Shown piece by piece: positions 16,834 through 26,962 of a stretch of DNA of 64,000 bases. Below the pieces are notes generated by a model. That model did no database searches and was not told the origin of the DNA. It worked only from the letters and a program-made list of their open reading frames with translations. The first letter of the stretch is position 1. Every line of letters starts with the position of its first letter. The translations under genes and the position numbers were made by a program. The stretch is from Defluviitaleaceae bacterium (GTDB taxonomy: Bacteria; Bacillota; Clostridia; Lachnospirales; WRAX01): positions 21,748 through 85,747 of the forward strand of contig WRAX01000006.1 in the NCBI GenBank assembly GCA_009779935.1. Reading direction: 5' to 3'.

Positions 16834-18885
16834 ATGGATTTAATGAAAATGCGTAAGCTACTTGGTCAGGGCAAGTCCATTTACGACTTGCCCCTTAGGG
16901 TGGCGTATTATGCCCGTGTGTCTTCCGATACGGATATGCAACTGAACTCGCTAGACAACCAAATTACATACTTTGATGAGTTCATCAAGTCCAACAAAAA
17001 TTGGACTTTTGCAGGCGGTTATGTTGATGAAGGGTTATCTGGTGCAAGTGTAAAAAAGCGTGATGATTTTAAGAGAATGGTTGCTGATGGTGAATTGGGC
17101 AAGTTTGATTTGCTGATAACTAAGGAAATCAGCCGATTTGCTCGTGATACGCTGGATAGTATTCAATATACACGACAATTGCTTGCAAGCAATGTGGGCG
17201 TGTTTTTTCAAGCGGACAATATTTGTACGCTTTATTCAGATTCGGAATTACGACTAACCATCATGGCTTCTTTGGCGCAGGACGAGCTTCGCCGTTTGTC
17301 CGAGCGTGTGAAGTTTGGCATGAAGCAAGCGCACAAGGCGGGCAAGGTGCTTGGGCAGGATAATATGTACGGATATAAAAAGTCAAAGGGTAAACTTGTT
17401 GTTGATGAAAAGGAGGCGAAGTTTGTTCATGACTTGTATAGCTTGTATGCGGAGGACAAGTATGGTTTCCGTACTTTGGCACGGATTTTGCACGAGAAAG
17501 GCTATCGCAACCAATCGGGGGGTGAAATTAACCCAGGCAGCTTGAAAAGTATTTTGTCTAACCCGAAGTACAAAGGCTTTTACCACGGACATATCACGGA
17601 GAGTAATGACTATCGAGAGCAGAAAAAGGTCAAGACTGCGCTTGAGGATAGAATCCTGTATAAATGTGAAGAAGTCCCCGCAATCGTGTCGGAGGAGCTT
17701 TGGGAGAAGGTTAATGAAATTCTGGCTGTCCGCACATCAAAGTTTGCGAAAAAAGGGCGTGGTACAGTTCCGCAAACGCCTTATAGCGGAAAAGTTATTT
17801 GTGAGGAACACGGAACATTTCACTATCGCAAGATGTGGAAAGACCGTAAAATCCCTGCCGAGAGCTGGTGTTGTAAGGAGTATCTTGCAAAGGGTCGAAA
17901 GTTTTGTGCAACGCCGCATTTGTATACTCGGGATTTAGATGCCATACTTGAACACATAGGCGATGATTTGCTGTCCAACAAAGATAAGTATATGGCAAGC
18001 GTGGATAACCTATTGGCGATGTACGAAAAAGCCGACAACGGCGCATCTGCGGACTACGTAGGCGAAACCGCAAAACTAATGACTGCTATAAAGAAGAATA
18101 AGGCGCGGCAAGCTAAATTGGTGGAGCTATACACTGATGAAATCATTGACCGAAACGAGTTTGATGAGTTAAATACAAATCTCAAAAATGACACAGAACA
18201 ACTCAACATGGAAATTGCACGACTTAAAGAAGAAAAGAAAGCCGTAAACACAACGGCGGCACGGTTGACAAAGGTCAAGGAATTTTTCGCCACACTTTCG
18301 CCTGAGAAAATGCAGGCAACCGCTTCAAGACAAAGCGAAACCCAAATCTCTCCCGCTCTCCATGTCGCACAAGCCATGTTGGAATCTGTCACCATTCTCA
18401 AAGATAGCACTAAAACGGAAATGAAAATCCGCATTGACATGAAATTGGGTGGTACGACCGACTGCACCCTCGCTACTTTCGGCAAGCGGGATGCCACAGA
18501 GCATTTTGTTCTGGATGCTGAGGAAATTGAAAAAATCCTACGCTCAGACCCACCCGATGAATATGCTGAAAACCTTGAAGATGCTGGATTAACTGGCTTT
18601 GACAACAAAAATGTTATAAAGTACAGTCAAACCGAAATAAGCCCCATTGTGGGCAGCGAGCAAGAAAGCCGTGATTTAGTGGACTATTTTAACCGTGAGA
18701 TGGCGGAGCATCCTGATAAGATTTGGGAGCTTAATATGTTTGGCAAATCCATGCACAGCATGGTACGGGACGGATTACAAAACAAGCTGTACCGTATGCC
18801 GGACGATGCCCAGGTTAAAATGCAGGAAGCCTTGCAAAAAATCATAAACGAAGGCAGTGGGGGCATGGTTTGTATCTTGTTGTAA
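16834..18885 (+). CDS. large serine recombinase (SpoIVCA/TnpX-like) whose ORF continues in frame into the 3' 82 codons of spoIVA
   Basis: Resolvase catalytic domain (VAYYARVSSDTDMQLNSLDNQ...ISRFARD), recombinase domain, Cys-rich zinc ribbon and a coiled coil. A DUF4368-like segment (MLESVTILKDSTKTEMKIRIDMKLGG) follows. No stop codon occurs before 18885. Confidence 0.9.
   Translation: MDLMKMRKLLGQGKSIYDLPLRVAYYARVSSDTDMQLNSLDNQITYFDEFIKSNKNWTFAGGYVDEGLSGASVKKRDDFKRMVADGELGKFDLLITKEISRFARDTLDSIQYTRQLLASNVGVFFQADNICTLYSDSELRLTIMASLAQDELRRLSERVKFGMKQAHKAGKVLGQDNMYGYKKSKGKLVVDEKEAKFVHDLYSLYAEDKYGFRTLARILHEKGYRNQSGGEINPGSLKSILSNPKYKGFYHGHITESNDYREQKKVKTALEDRILYKCEEVPAIVSEELWEKVNEILAVRTSKFAKKGRGTVPQTPYSGKVICEEHGTFHYRKMWKDRKIPAESWCCKEYLAKGRKFCATPHLYTRDLDAILEHIGDDLLSNKDKYMASVDNLLAMYEKADNGASADYVGETAKLMTAIKKNKARQAKLVELYTDEIIDRNEFDELNTNLKNDTEQLNMEIARLKEEKKAVNTTAARLTKVKEFFATLSPEKMQATASRQSETQISPALHVAQAMLESVTILKDSTKTEMKIRIDMKLGGTTDCTLATFGKRDATEHFVLDAEEIEKILRSDPPDEYAENLEDAGLTGFDNKNVIKYSQTEISPIVGSEQESRDLVDYFNREMAEHPDKIWELNMFGKSMHSMVRDGLQNKLYRMPDDAQVKMQEALQKIINEGSGGMVCILL
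18629..18635. repeat. junction core AAACCGA (putative attR crossover region)
   Basis: Identical to 1440-1446 and in the same codon phase (cAA ACC GAa versus gAA ACC GAg). Confidence 0.6.
18636..18885 (+). other. spoIVA: spoIVA 3' portion (last 82 codons)
   Basis: ISPIVGSEQESRDLVDYFNREMAEHPDKIWELNMFGKSMHSMVRDGLQNKLYRMPDDAQVKMQEALQKIINEGSGGMVCILL* matches the conserved SpoIVA C-terminus (B. subtilis ...RIINEGSGGLIAIIL, from memory). Confidence 0.9.
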
Positions 18886-18896
18886 TTATAATGTAG

Positions 18897-18922
18897 GGTG
18901 GGGCTTGCCCCCACCTTTTTTT
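18897..18922 (+). terminator. rho-independent terminator (spoIVA side)
   Basis: GC-rich stem ggtgggg/ccccacc with loop cttgc, followed by TTTTTTT. Confidence 0.75.
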
Positions 18923-18949
18923 GCTTGCCCCGCTCATATACGTATACGT

Positions 18950-18975
18950 AAAAAAGTGGGGGCAAGCCCCCACCC
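18950..18975 (-). terminator. rho-independent terminator (rpoC side)
   Basis: The minus strand reads gggtgggggcttgcccccac followed by TTTTTT. It is a near mirror image of the hairpin at 18897-18922. Confidence 0.75.
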
Positions 18976-18977
18976 TA

Positions 18978-21900
18978 CTAGTCTGTTGTACAATCTGCCG
19001 GATGATGGTAGGTGATGGTTTCTGTTGTGGGTTCGTCCGTTTCTTCATTCGTGCCATATTCGGTATATTCTACCACGGCACTTGGCGTTTGGGCATTTAC
19101 CACATCCACATTACGATACATGCGCATACCCGTACCGGCAGGTATAAGTTTTCCGATGATAACATTTTCCTTTAAGCCGATAAGGGGGTCGGTTTTGCCT
19201 TTTATTGCAGCCTCCGTCAACACCCTTGTGGTTTCCTGGAAGCTGGCAGCAGATAGGAATGAGTCTGTAGCAAGGGATGCTTTGGTGATGCCCAAAAGCA
19301 CACGCTGACCCTTTGCAGGCTCTTTACCTTCCCCTTCCAAACGCTCGTTCTCGCCTTCAAAATCCAGCCAGTCAATAAGTGAACCAGGCAGAAAGCCCGA
19401 ATCCCCATTTTCTTCCACACGCACACGTTTTAGCATTTGGCGCACAATAACTTCCACATGCTTGTCATTAATATCCACACCTTGCAGGCGGTAAACCTTT
19501 TGTACTTCTTGCAACATATAATCCTGGACACCACGCAGGCCACGTATGCGCAAAATATCGTGGGGGTATATACTACCTTCGGTAATCTCGTCACCGGCAG
19601 CAATTTGTTGCCCATTATACACGCAAATGGAGGAGCCGTAAGGTATCACATATTCCTTACTGTCACCGGTTTCTTCGTTGGTGACAACAACTTTTTTCGT
19701 ATCATTCATGGCAACTTTGCCGCCAAATTCTGCAATTATAGCAAGGCCTTTGGGTTTGCGTGCCTCAAAAATCTCCTCAACACGGGGTAGACCTTGTGTA
19801 ATATCCACAGAGCTGGCAATGCCGCCCGTATGGAAGTTACGCATAGTAAGCTGTGTGCCCGGCTCGCCGATGGATTGTGCAGCGATGATACCGATAGCCT
19901 CACCTGTACGTACAGGGCGGCCGCTTGCCATGTTTGCGCCATAGCATTTGGTGCAAAGCCCAATTTTGCAACGGCAGGTCAAAATTGTGCGGATGTGCAC
20001 TTCCTCCACCCCTGCCCGTTCTACCGCTTTGGCAGCATCGGGGGAAATCATCGTGTCCGCTTCCACCAGCACCTCGCCCGTTTCAGGGCATTTAATTTGC
20101 TCGATGGACCAACGCCCCTCGATACGCTCCCTTAGCGGCTCGATAATCTCATTGTTATTAGACTTGTCACGGAAAGCGGAAACCCACAAGCCGGGCTTTT
20201 CTGCCCTCTCCCCTACACAGTCATCCTCACGTATAATAATGTCTTGGGAAACATCTACAAGTCGACGGGTAAGATAACCGGAGTCCGCTGTTTTAAGTGC
20301 CGTATCGGACAAAGTTTTTCTTGCGCCGTGGGCGGATAGGAAGTATTCCAAAACCGTCAAACCTTCACGGAAGTTGGATTTAATGGGTAGCTCAATAATA
20401 CTGCCTGATGGGGATGTCATCAAACCACGCATGCCCGCCAGCTGCTTAATTTGTGCCTTGGAGCCACGTGCGCCCGATGTTGCCATCATTTGGATATTAT
20501 TAAACTCACCAAGCCCCTCTACAAGTTGGTCCGCAATGGTATCATTGGCTTTGTTCCAAATATCCACCACATTTTGGTGCCGCTCCCCATCAGTCATCAA
20601 ACCACGACGGAACATTTTGGTAACTTTTTCCACATCCTGCTCGGCGGCGGCAATAATATCGCCCTTCGCCTCCGGCACCACCATGTCAGAAACAGATACG
20701 GTAAGCGCACCACGGGTGGAGAATTTGAAGCCCAAGTCCTTAATTTTATCAAGCACCACAGCGGTATCAGTAAATCCATGGCGGTTTATGCACTGCTGGA
20801 TAATATTTTGCAATTCCTTTTTGCCGCATTTGTAGTTTACCTCATATTCAAAGGCATTGTCCGGGTTTGCTCTGTCCACCAATCCCAAATTTTGGGGTAT
20901 GGCTTCGTTGAAGATGATGCGCCCAACGGTGGTTTCCACCATTTTACGCACACCGTCAATCTCCCTGCGCACCTTGATATTGGCGTGCAAAGTAACCTCA
21001 TCATTATCATAAGCCAGCTGGGCTTCTGCTTCATCCTTAAATACCTTGCCTTCGCCTATATCGCCCGGCTTTGCCATGGTTAGGTAGTATATGCCCAAAA
21101 CCATATCCTGGGATGGCACGGTAATTGGCGCACCATCGGAAGGTTTTAGCAGGTTGTTGGGGGAAAGCAGCAAAAAGCGACATTCTGCCTGCGCTTCCAC
21201 GGACAGGGGCAAGTGGACGGGCATCTGGTCCCCGTCAAAGTCTGCGTTAAAAGCAGAGCAAACAAGGGGGTGGATTTTAAGTGCCTTACCCTCTACCAGC
21301 ACAGGCTCGAAGGCCTGTATGCCCAACCTGTGCAGGGTGGGCGCACGGTTAAGGATAACCGGATGCTCTTTAATAACATCCTCCAAAACATCCCAAACAC
21401 GCTCTTCCAGCCTTTCCACCATGCGCTTGGCGGATTTGATATTGTGCGCTTCGCCCAGTTCCACTAACTTTTTCATTACAAAGGGCTTAAACAGTTCTAT
21501 GGCCATTTCTTTTGGCAGGCCGCATTGGTAAATCTTCAAATTAGGTCCAACCACAATAACCGAACGGCCGGAATAGTCCACACGCTTACCCAGCAGGTTT
21601 TGGCGGAAGCGGCCTTGCTTACCTTTCAATAAATCAGAAAGGGATTTTAGCGGGCGGTTACCGGGGCCTGTTACAGGGCGTCCACGGCGGCCATTGTCAA
21701 TAAGGGCATCCACTGCTTCTTGCAGCATACGTTTTTCGTTGCGCACAATAATTTCGGGTGCACCAAGGTCAAGCAAACGCTTTAAGCGGTTGTTTCTGTT
21801 TATCACACGCCTATATAAGTCATTCAAGTCACTGGTGGCAAAGCGGCCGCCGTCCAGTTGCACCATTGGGCGTAAATCAGGCGGGATAACAGGTACCGCA

Positions 21901-22613
21901 TCCAAAATCATCCACCCCGGTTGGTTGCCGGAAATACGGAAGGATTCGATAACTTCCAATTTTTTCAAAACTTTAATTCGCTTTTGCCCAACGGCGGTTT
22001 TAAGGGATGTGCGAAGCTCGATCCCTTCCTGTTCCAAATTTATGCCATCCAGCAATTCTTTAACAGATTCTGCGCCCATACCTACACGGAAAGCATCTTC
22101 GCCATATTTTTCAATAGAATCGCGATATTCCTTCTCGGATAGCAGTTGTTTGTAGCTAAGCCCTGTTTCCCCTGCATCCAGCACCACATAAGATGCAAAA
22201 TAAAGGATTTTTTCCAAAGCACGGGGGGACATGCCCAAAATCAAACCCATACGGCTGGGTATGCCCCTAAAATACCAAATATGGGAAACGGGTGCAGCAA
22301 GCTCTATATGTCCCATGCGCTCCCTACGCACTTTTTTACGGGTAACTTCCACGCCGCAACGGTCGCAAACCGTGCCTTTATAGCGTATGCGCTTATATTT
22401 ACCGCAATGGCATTCCCAGTCCTTATCGGGGCCAAAAATACGCTCGCAAAAAAGTCCGTCTCTTTCAGGTTTTAAGGTGCGGTAGTTGATGGTTTCGGGC
22501 TTTTTAACCTCTCCCCGGCTCCATTCCCTAATCTTTTCGGGGGAAGCCAAGCCAATTTGTATGGCATCAAAATTTACAGCATTCTCGTTTCGGTTTTCCA
22601 TTAACGCACCCAT
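18978..22613 (-). CDS. rpoC: DNA-directed RNA polymerase subunit beta'
   Basis: 1211 aa. Carries the zinc-binding CHCGKY...CDRCGVEV and the catalytic NADFDGDQM motif. Confidence 0.97.
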   Translation of the reverse strand: MGALMENRNENAVNFDAIQIGLASPEKIREWSRGEVKKPETINYRTLKPERDGLFCERIFGPDKDWECHCGKYKRIRYKGTVCDRCGVEVTRKKVRRERMGHIELAAPVSHIWYFRGIPSRMGLILGMSPRALEKILYFASYVVLDAGETGLSYKQLLSEKEYRDSIEKYGEDAFRVGMGAESVKELLDGINLEQEGIELRTSLKTAVGQKRIKVLKKLEVIESFRISGNQPGWMILDAVPVIPPDLRPMVQLDGGRFATSDLNDLYRRVINRNNRLKRLLDLGAPEIIVRNEKRMLQEAVDALIDNGRRGRPVTGPGNRPLKSLSDLLKGKQGRFRQNLLGKRVDYSGRSVIVVGPNLKIYQCGLPKEMAIELFKPFVMKKLVELGEAHNIKSAKRMVERLEERVWDVLEDVIKEHPVILNRAPTLHRLGIQAFEPVLVEGKALKIHPLVCSAFNADFDGDQMPVHLPLSVEAQAECRFLLLSPNNLLKPSDGAPITVPSQDMVLGIYYLTMAKPGDIGEGKVFKDEAEAQLAYDNDEVTLHANIKVRREIDGVRKMVETTVGRIIFNEAIPQNLGLVDRANPDNAFEYEVNYKCGKKELQNIIQQCINRHGFTDTAVVLDKIKDLGFKFSTRGALTVSVSDMVVPEAKGDIIAAAEQDVEKVTKMFRRGLMTDGERHQNVVDIWNKANDTIADQLVEGLGEFNNIQMMATSGARGSKAQIKQLAGMRGLMTSPSGSIIELPIKSNFREGLTVLEYFLSAHGARKTLSDTALKTADSGYLTRRLVDVSQDIIIREDDCVGERAEKPGLWVSAFRDKSNNNEIIEPLRERIEGRWSIEQIKCPETGEVLVEADTMISPDAAKAVERAGVEEVHIRTILTCRCKIGLCTKCYGANMASGRPVRTGEAIGIIAAQSIGEPGTQLTMRNFHTGGIASSVDITQGLPRVEEIFEARKPKGLAIIAEFGGKVAMNDTKKVVVTNEETGDSKEYVIPYGSSICVYNGQQIAAGDEITEGSIYPHDILRIRGLRGVQDYMLQEVQKVYRLQGVDINDKHVEVIVRQMLKRVRVEENGDSGFLPGSLIDWLDFEGENERLEGEGKEPAKGQRVLLGITKASLATDSFLSAASFQETTRVLTEAAIKGKTDPLIGLKENVIIGKLIPAGTGMRMYRNVDVVNAQTPSAVVEYTEYGTNEETDEPTTETITYHHPADCTTD

Positions 22614-22682
22614 TTAAGCCCTCCTCGTGTTTTTGTTACATATTCAAATTTTGCCGACCCAAAGGGCGCACACTGTGCGCCG

Positions 22683-25600
22683 CTACATGTCATCGTCATC
22701 GTCATCGTCGGCATTCATCAGCCCCACAGCTTCTTCCATTTCTTCGGGGTCAAGGCTTTCAGTTTCTTGTGCAATGGGGGTTAAATCAAAATCATCATCA
22801 TCGTCTTCGTCCTCATCACCGCCGCCATCAAGATCCACTTCCAAGTCATCTGCCGCCGCAATGGCATTTGCCAAAGCATCAAAGCCGGTGCCTGTGGTTG
22901 CCATTTCCTGATGGTCCGCAAAACTGCGGGAGGACTTTTTAAGGAAGCCGCCAACCTCATCGTCTTTTTCATGCCCCTCGATGTTTACAGGTAAATCTTC
23001 GATATCCTCGCTGGACTCTCTCAAATGAATGGTTTTGCCGCCCTCTTTAATCTGCACATCCAGCCCAAGGGCTTGCAATTCCTTCAACAATACTTTGAAA
23101 GATTCCGGCACGCCGGGCTCCGGGATATTTTCGCCTTTAACAATGGCTTCGTAGGTTTTAACACGCCCCACAATATCATCGGACTTAACTGTAAGGATTT
23201 CTTGAAGGGTATAGGCGGCACCATAAGCCTCCAATGCCCAAACTTCCATCTCTCCAAAACGCTGGCCGCCAAATTGGGCTTTACCGCCCAAGGGCTGTTG
23301 GGTTACAAGGGAATATGGGCCGGTAGAACGGGCATGTATCTTATCATCAACAAGGTGGTGCAGTTTTAGATAGTGCATATATCCAACAGTTACGGGATTG
23401 TCAAAGGCTTCTCCGCTGCGGCCGTCACGTAGTTGTATTTTGCCATCCTCGGTAATCGGCATATCCTTCCACTCTTCACGGTTGTCCTTGTTAGCTTCCA
23501 AGCCGGCAAAAATGTCAGGCTCAAGGATTGGTTTCCATTCCCTCTCAAAATCTTCCCATTCCATTTTTGTATAATCTTCTGCCAATTGCAGGGTGTGCTT
23601 AATCTCCATCTCACTTGCACCGTCAAATACGGGGGTTGCAACCTTCCAACCCAGTGCCTTAGCGGCAAGCCCCAAGTGCACCTCCAAAACCTGCCCAATA
23701 TTCATACGGCTTGGTACGCCAAGGGGGTTAAGTACAATATCCAGCGGGCGGCCGTTGGGCAGGTATGGCATATCCTCCACAGGCAACACACGGGAAATAA
23801 CACCCTTGTTACCATGGCGGCCCGCCATTTTGTCACCCACGCTAATTTTGCGCTTTTGGGCAATATAAACACGCACCACTTGGTTTACGCCCGGCGGCAA
23901 TTCGTCACCATTCTTACGGCTAAACACCTTAACATCCACAATTATGCCGCTTTCGCCATGGGGCACACGCAGGGATGTGTCCCGCACCTCCCTTGCTTTT
24001 TCGCCAAAAATGGCACGCAAAAGCCGCTCTTCTGCGGTAAGTTCGGTTTCGCCCTTTGGGGTAACCTTGCCTACAAGTATATCATTGGGGCGCACCTCTG
24101 CCCCCACACGTATAATGCCGTCCAAACCAAGGTCTTTTAGGGCATCGTCACCCACATTGGGTATATCGCGGGTAATCTCCTCTGGCCCTAATTTGGTGTC
24201 ACGGGCTTCGGATTCGTATTCTTCAATATGCACCGATGTATAAACATCTTCTTGCACCAGCTTTTCGCTTAGCAATATGGCATCTTCGTAGTTATATCCT
24301 TCCCAGGACATAAAGCCGATAAGGGGGTTTTGCCCCAAAGCAAGCTCTCCATTTTGGGTGCTTGGGCCATCTGCAAGTATATCCCCGGCCTTAACCACAT
24401 CCCCAATATTAACAATGGGTTTTTGGTTAATGCAGGTGCCTTGGTTGCTTCTTATAAATTTAACAACTTTATAATGGTCTTTACCCTTATCGGTTTTAAC
24501 TACAATGGAGCTGGCAGAAACCGATTCCACCACCCCGTCACGCCCGGCAATAATGCACACGCCGCTATCTTTGGCGGTTTTATATTCCATGCCAGTGCCA
24601 ACAATGGGGGAATTGGTGCGCATAAGCGGCACGGCTTGCCGCTGCATATTGGAGCCCATCAAAGCACGGGAAACGTCGTCATTCTCCAAAAACGGGATAA
24701 GGGCAGTAGCAACAGAAACGATTTGCTTAGGCGAAACGTCCATCAAATCAATTTCCGCCACGGGAAACTCGTTAATAATCTCCCTATGTCGTCCGGGTAC
24801 ACGGCTTGCCACAAATTCTCCATTTTCATTTAATTCCACATTGGCTTGGGCAACCACAAAGTTTTCTTCTTCATCAGCGGTTACATACACAAATTTATCC
24901 GTAACCCTTGGAGGGGTGGCGGTTTTGTCCACTTTACGGTAAGGGGCTTCGATAAAACCATATTCATTTATCCTTGCATAGGTGGCAAGGGAGTTAATTA
25001 GGCCGATATTTGGCCCCTCGGGCGTTTCGATGGGACACATGCGGCCATAGTGGGAATCATGCACGTCACGCACTTCAAAAGATGCACGGTCACGGGATAA
25101 GCCACCCGGCCCCAGGGCGGAAAGGCGGCGTTTATGGGTCAGCTCACCCAGTGGATTGGTTTGTTCCATAAACTGGGAAAGTTGCGAACTGCCAAAAAAC
25201 TCCTTAACAGCAGCGGTTACAGGGCGGATATTGATTAGGGATTGGGGGGTAAGCCCATCCATTTCCTGAATGGTCATACGCTCCCTAATAACCCTTTCCA
25301 TGCGAGATAAGCCAATGCGGAACTGGTTTTGCAAAAGCTCACCCACCGCACGTATGCGGCGGTTGCCCAAATGGTCAATATCATCCTTGCCGCCAATGCC
25401 GTAATCCAGCCCGATAATGTAGTTTACGCTGGCTATCATATCATCCACGGTAATATGCTTTGGCACAAGTTTGCTTTTGCTGTTTTTTAGGGCATCAATA
25501 AGGGCATTGTCGTCATCATGCTCCATAATCAATTCCATCAAAACAGGTAAATGCACCATTTCTTTAATGCCGGTTACTGCAGGGTCAATACCTCTAAGCT

Positions 25601-26672
25601 CCAAAATCGGGGCAATTGGCACGGTGTTGTTAGTCAAAACCTTGGTTTCGCCCTCCTCATCACCCCTTTGCACTTTAACCCAAACATAACCCACGCCCGT
25701 CGCCTGGATTTTGTCTGCCATATCAAGTGTAATAACATCCCCTGCATTCGCCACAACCTCATCCGTAATAGGGCTTACCACATCACGGGAAAGGGTAAAA
25801 CCACGCACACGGTTGCGCAATTGCAGCTTTTTGTTAAATTTATATCTGCCAACTTTTGCCAAATCGTAACGCTTATTATCAAAAAACATGGAACGTAAAA
25901 GGGATTCGGAAGCTTCCACCGCAGGGGGCTCGCCCGGGCGCAAACGCTTATAAACTTCCAATAAGCCTTCTTCCTTGTTTTTTGCCGCATCTTTTTCAAT
26001 GGATGCGCTAATCTTGGGCTCGTCTCCAAAAAGCTCTAAAATCTCCGCATCCGTACCTACGCCCATGGCTCTTATAAAGCTGGTTACGGGCAATTTACGT
26101 GTTCTGTCCACACGGATGGCAAAAACATCATTACTATCTGTTTCATATTCCAGCCAAGCACCACGGTTAGGGATAACAGTGGATGACATTAGCTGCTTAC
26201 CGGCCTTATCATATTCAATATTATAATAAATGCCAGGAGAGCGGACAAGTTGGGAAACCACAACACGCTCCGCTCCATTTATAATAAATGTTCCATTTTC
26301 GGTCATCAAGGGAAATTCTCCCATGAAAATTTCTTGCTCTTTAATTTCATTAGCTTCTTTATTTCTTAGCCTTGCTTTTATTTTTAGGGGGGCGGCATAT
26401 GTTGCATCCCGCTCTTTACACTCTTCCACGGTGTATTTGGTGTCGTTTTTGTCTAAATAATGGCCTGCAAATTCCAGCACCAATGTTTCGCCAAAGTTTG
26501 TGATGGGGGAAATATCTGTAAAAACCTCATCCAGCCCTTCATCTAAAAACCATTGATAGCTGTCCTTTTGAACTTCTATCAAATTTGGCATCTCCAAAAT
26601 TTCAGCTATTTTAGAGTAGCTCATCCGCTCCGCCTTGCCTTGTTGCAGGCGGGCGATTCTTCCCTTTTCCAT
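22683..26672 (-). CDS. rpoB: DNA-directed RNA polymerase subunit beta, with a long acidic C-terminal extension
   Basis: 1329 aa with conserved RpoB blocks ([23 protein letters not shown], ...). The tail after ...[13 protein letters not shown] is Asp/Glu-rich and ends DDDDDDDM. Confidence 0.97.
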   Translation of the reverse strand: MEKGRIARLQQGKAERMSYSKIAEILEMPNLIEVQKDSYQWFLDEGLDEVFTDISPITNFGETLVLEFAGHYLDKNDTKYTVEECKERDATYAAPLKIKARLRNKEANEIKEQEIFMGEFPLMTENGTFIINGAERVVVSQLVRSPGIYYNIEYDKAGKQLMSSTVIPNRGAWLEYETDSNDVFAIRVDRTRKLPVTSFIRAMGVGTDAEILELFGDEPKISASIEKDAAKNKEEGLLEVYKRLRPGEPPAVEASESLLRSMFFDNKRYDLAKVGRYKFNKKLQLRNRVRGFTLSRDVVSPITDEVVANAGDVITLDMADKIQATGVGYVWVKVQRGDEEGETKVLTNNTVPIAPILELRGIDPAVTGIKEMVHLPVLMELIMEHDDDNALIDALKNSKSKLVPKHITVDDMIASVNYIIGLDYGIGGKDDIDHLGNRRIRAVGELLQNQFRIGLSRMERVIRERMTIQEMDGLTPQSLINIRPVTAAVKEFFGSSQLSQFMEQTNPLGELTHKRRLSALGPGGLSRDRASFEVRDVHDSHYGRMCPIETPEGPNIGLINSLATYARINEYGFIEAPYRKVDKTATPPRVTDKFVYVTADEEENFVVAQANVELNENGEFVASRVPGRHREIINEFPVAEIDLMDVSPKQIVSVATALIPFLENDDVSRALMGSNMQRQAVPLMRTNSPIVGTGMEYKTAKDSGVCIIAGRDGVVESVSASSIVVKTDKGKDHYKVVKFIRSNQGTCINQKPIVNIGDVVKAGDILADGPSTQNGELALGQNPLIGFMSWEGYNYEDAILLSEKLVQEDVYTSVHIEEYESEARDTKLGPEEITRDIPNVGDDALKDLGLDGIIRVGAEVRPNDILVGKVTPKGETELTAEERLLRAIFGEKAREVRDTSLRVPHGESGIIVDVKVFSRKNGDELPPGVNQVVRVYIAQKRKISVGDKMAGRHGNKGVISRVLPVEDMPYLPNGRPLDIVLNPLGVPSRMNIGQVLEVHLGLAAKALGWKVATPVFDGASEMEIKHTLQLAEDYTKMEWEDFEREWKPILEPDIFAGLEANKDNREEWKDMPITEDGKIQLRDGRSGEAFDNPVTVGYMHYLKLHHLVDDKIHARSTGPYSLVTQQPLGGKAQFGGQRFGEMEVWALEAYGAAYTLQEILTVKSDDIVGRVKTYEAIVKGENIPEPGVPESFKVLLKELQALGLDVQIKEGGKTIHLRESSEDIEDLPVNIEGHEKDDEVGGFLKKSSRSFADHQEMATTGTGFDALANAIAAADDLEVDLDGGGDEDEDDDDDFDLTPIAQETESLDPEEMEEAVGLMNADDDDDDDM

Positions 26673-26962
26673 TGCACCGACCCCTTTATTATGTGGTTTT
26701 TAATGCGCTGACAAAATTTTTGAAAAAAATCATTGATTTTTTGTTTGTTATGTGATATACTATATCAAGTGGCAAAGTCCGTGGCTTACCATGTCCAATT
26801 TATGGATAGAAAACGTAGAAGATAATTATAACAGCATCTCGGGTGCATGTCAAGGATTTTTTTGCTTTTTTCTCTAAAGTTTTTACAGCAAAAAGTTGAC
26901 AAAATATGTAAAACACCATGGGCGCACAAAACGCCCGTTTTTTATTGCAAGGAGATGGATTA

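Larger units (their letters stand above)
1447..18635. mobile_element. ~17.2-kb intervening element inserted in spoIVA (serine-recombinase element with defence cargo)
   Basis: The element is flanked by the two spoIVA halves and the shared AAACCGA core. A large serine recombinase sits at the right end and TnpV-like and MobC-like genes at the left. The sequence looks AT-richer than the flanking rpoC. Confidence 0.85.

Noticed and set aside
18054-18608. A 184-aa minus-strand ORF inside the recombinase gene, and smaller ORFs on both strands at 17261-18073
   Set aside because: They overlap a well-supported serine recombinase frame. Their composition is Ser/Arg-rich and they have no RBSs.
22627-22911. 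A Ser-rich 94-aa plus-strand ORF
   Set aside because: It is the reverse-complement reading of the GAT/GAC-rich acidic tail of rpoB and is an artefact of that low-complexity coding sequence.
19012-26460. Many plus-strand ORFs of 60-235 aa inside rpoC and rpoB (for example 20451-21083 and 23433-24140)
   Set aside because: These are antisense shadows of two long, highly conserved genes. They have no RBSs and their composition is odd (His/Cys/Phe-rich or Ser/Thr-rich).
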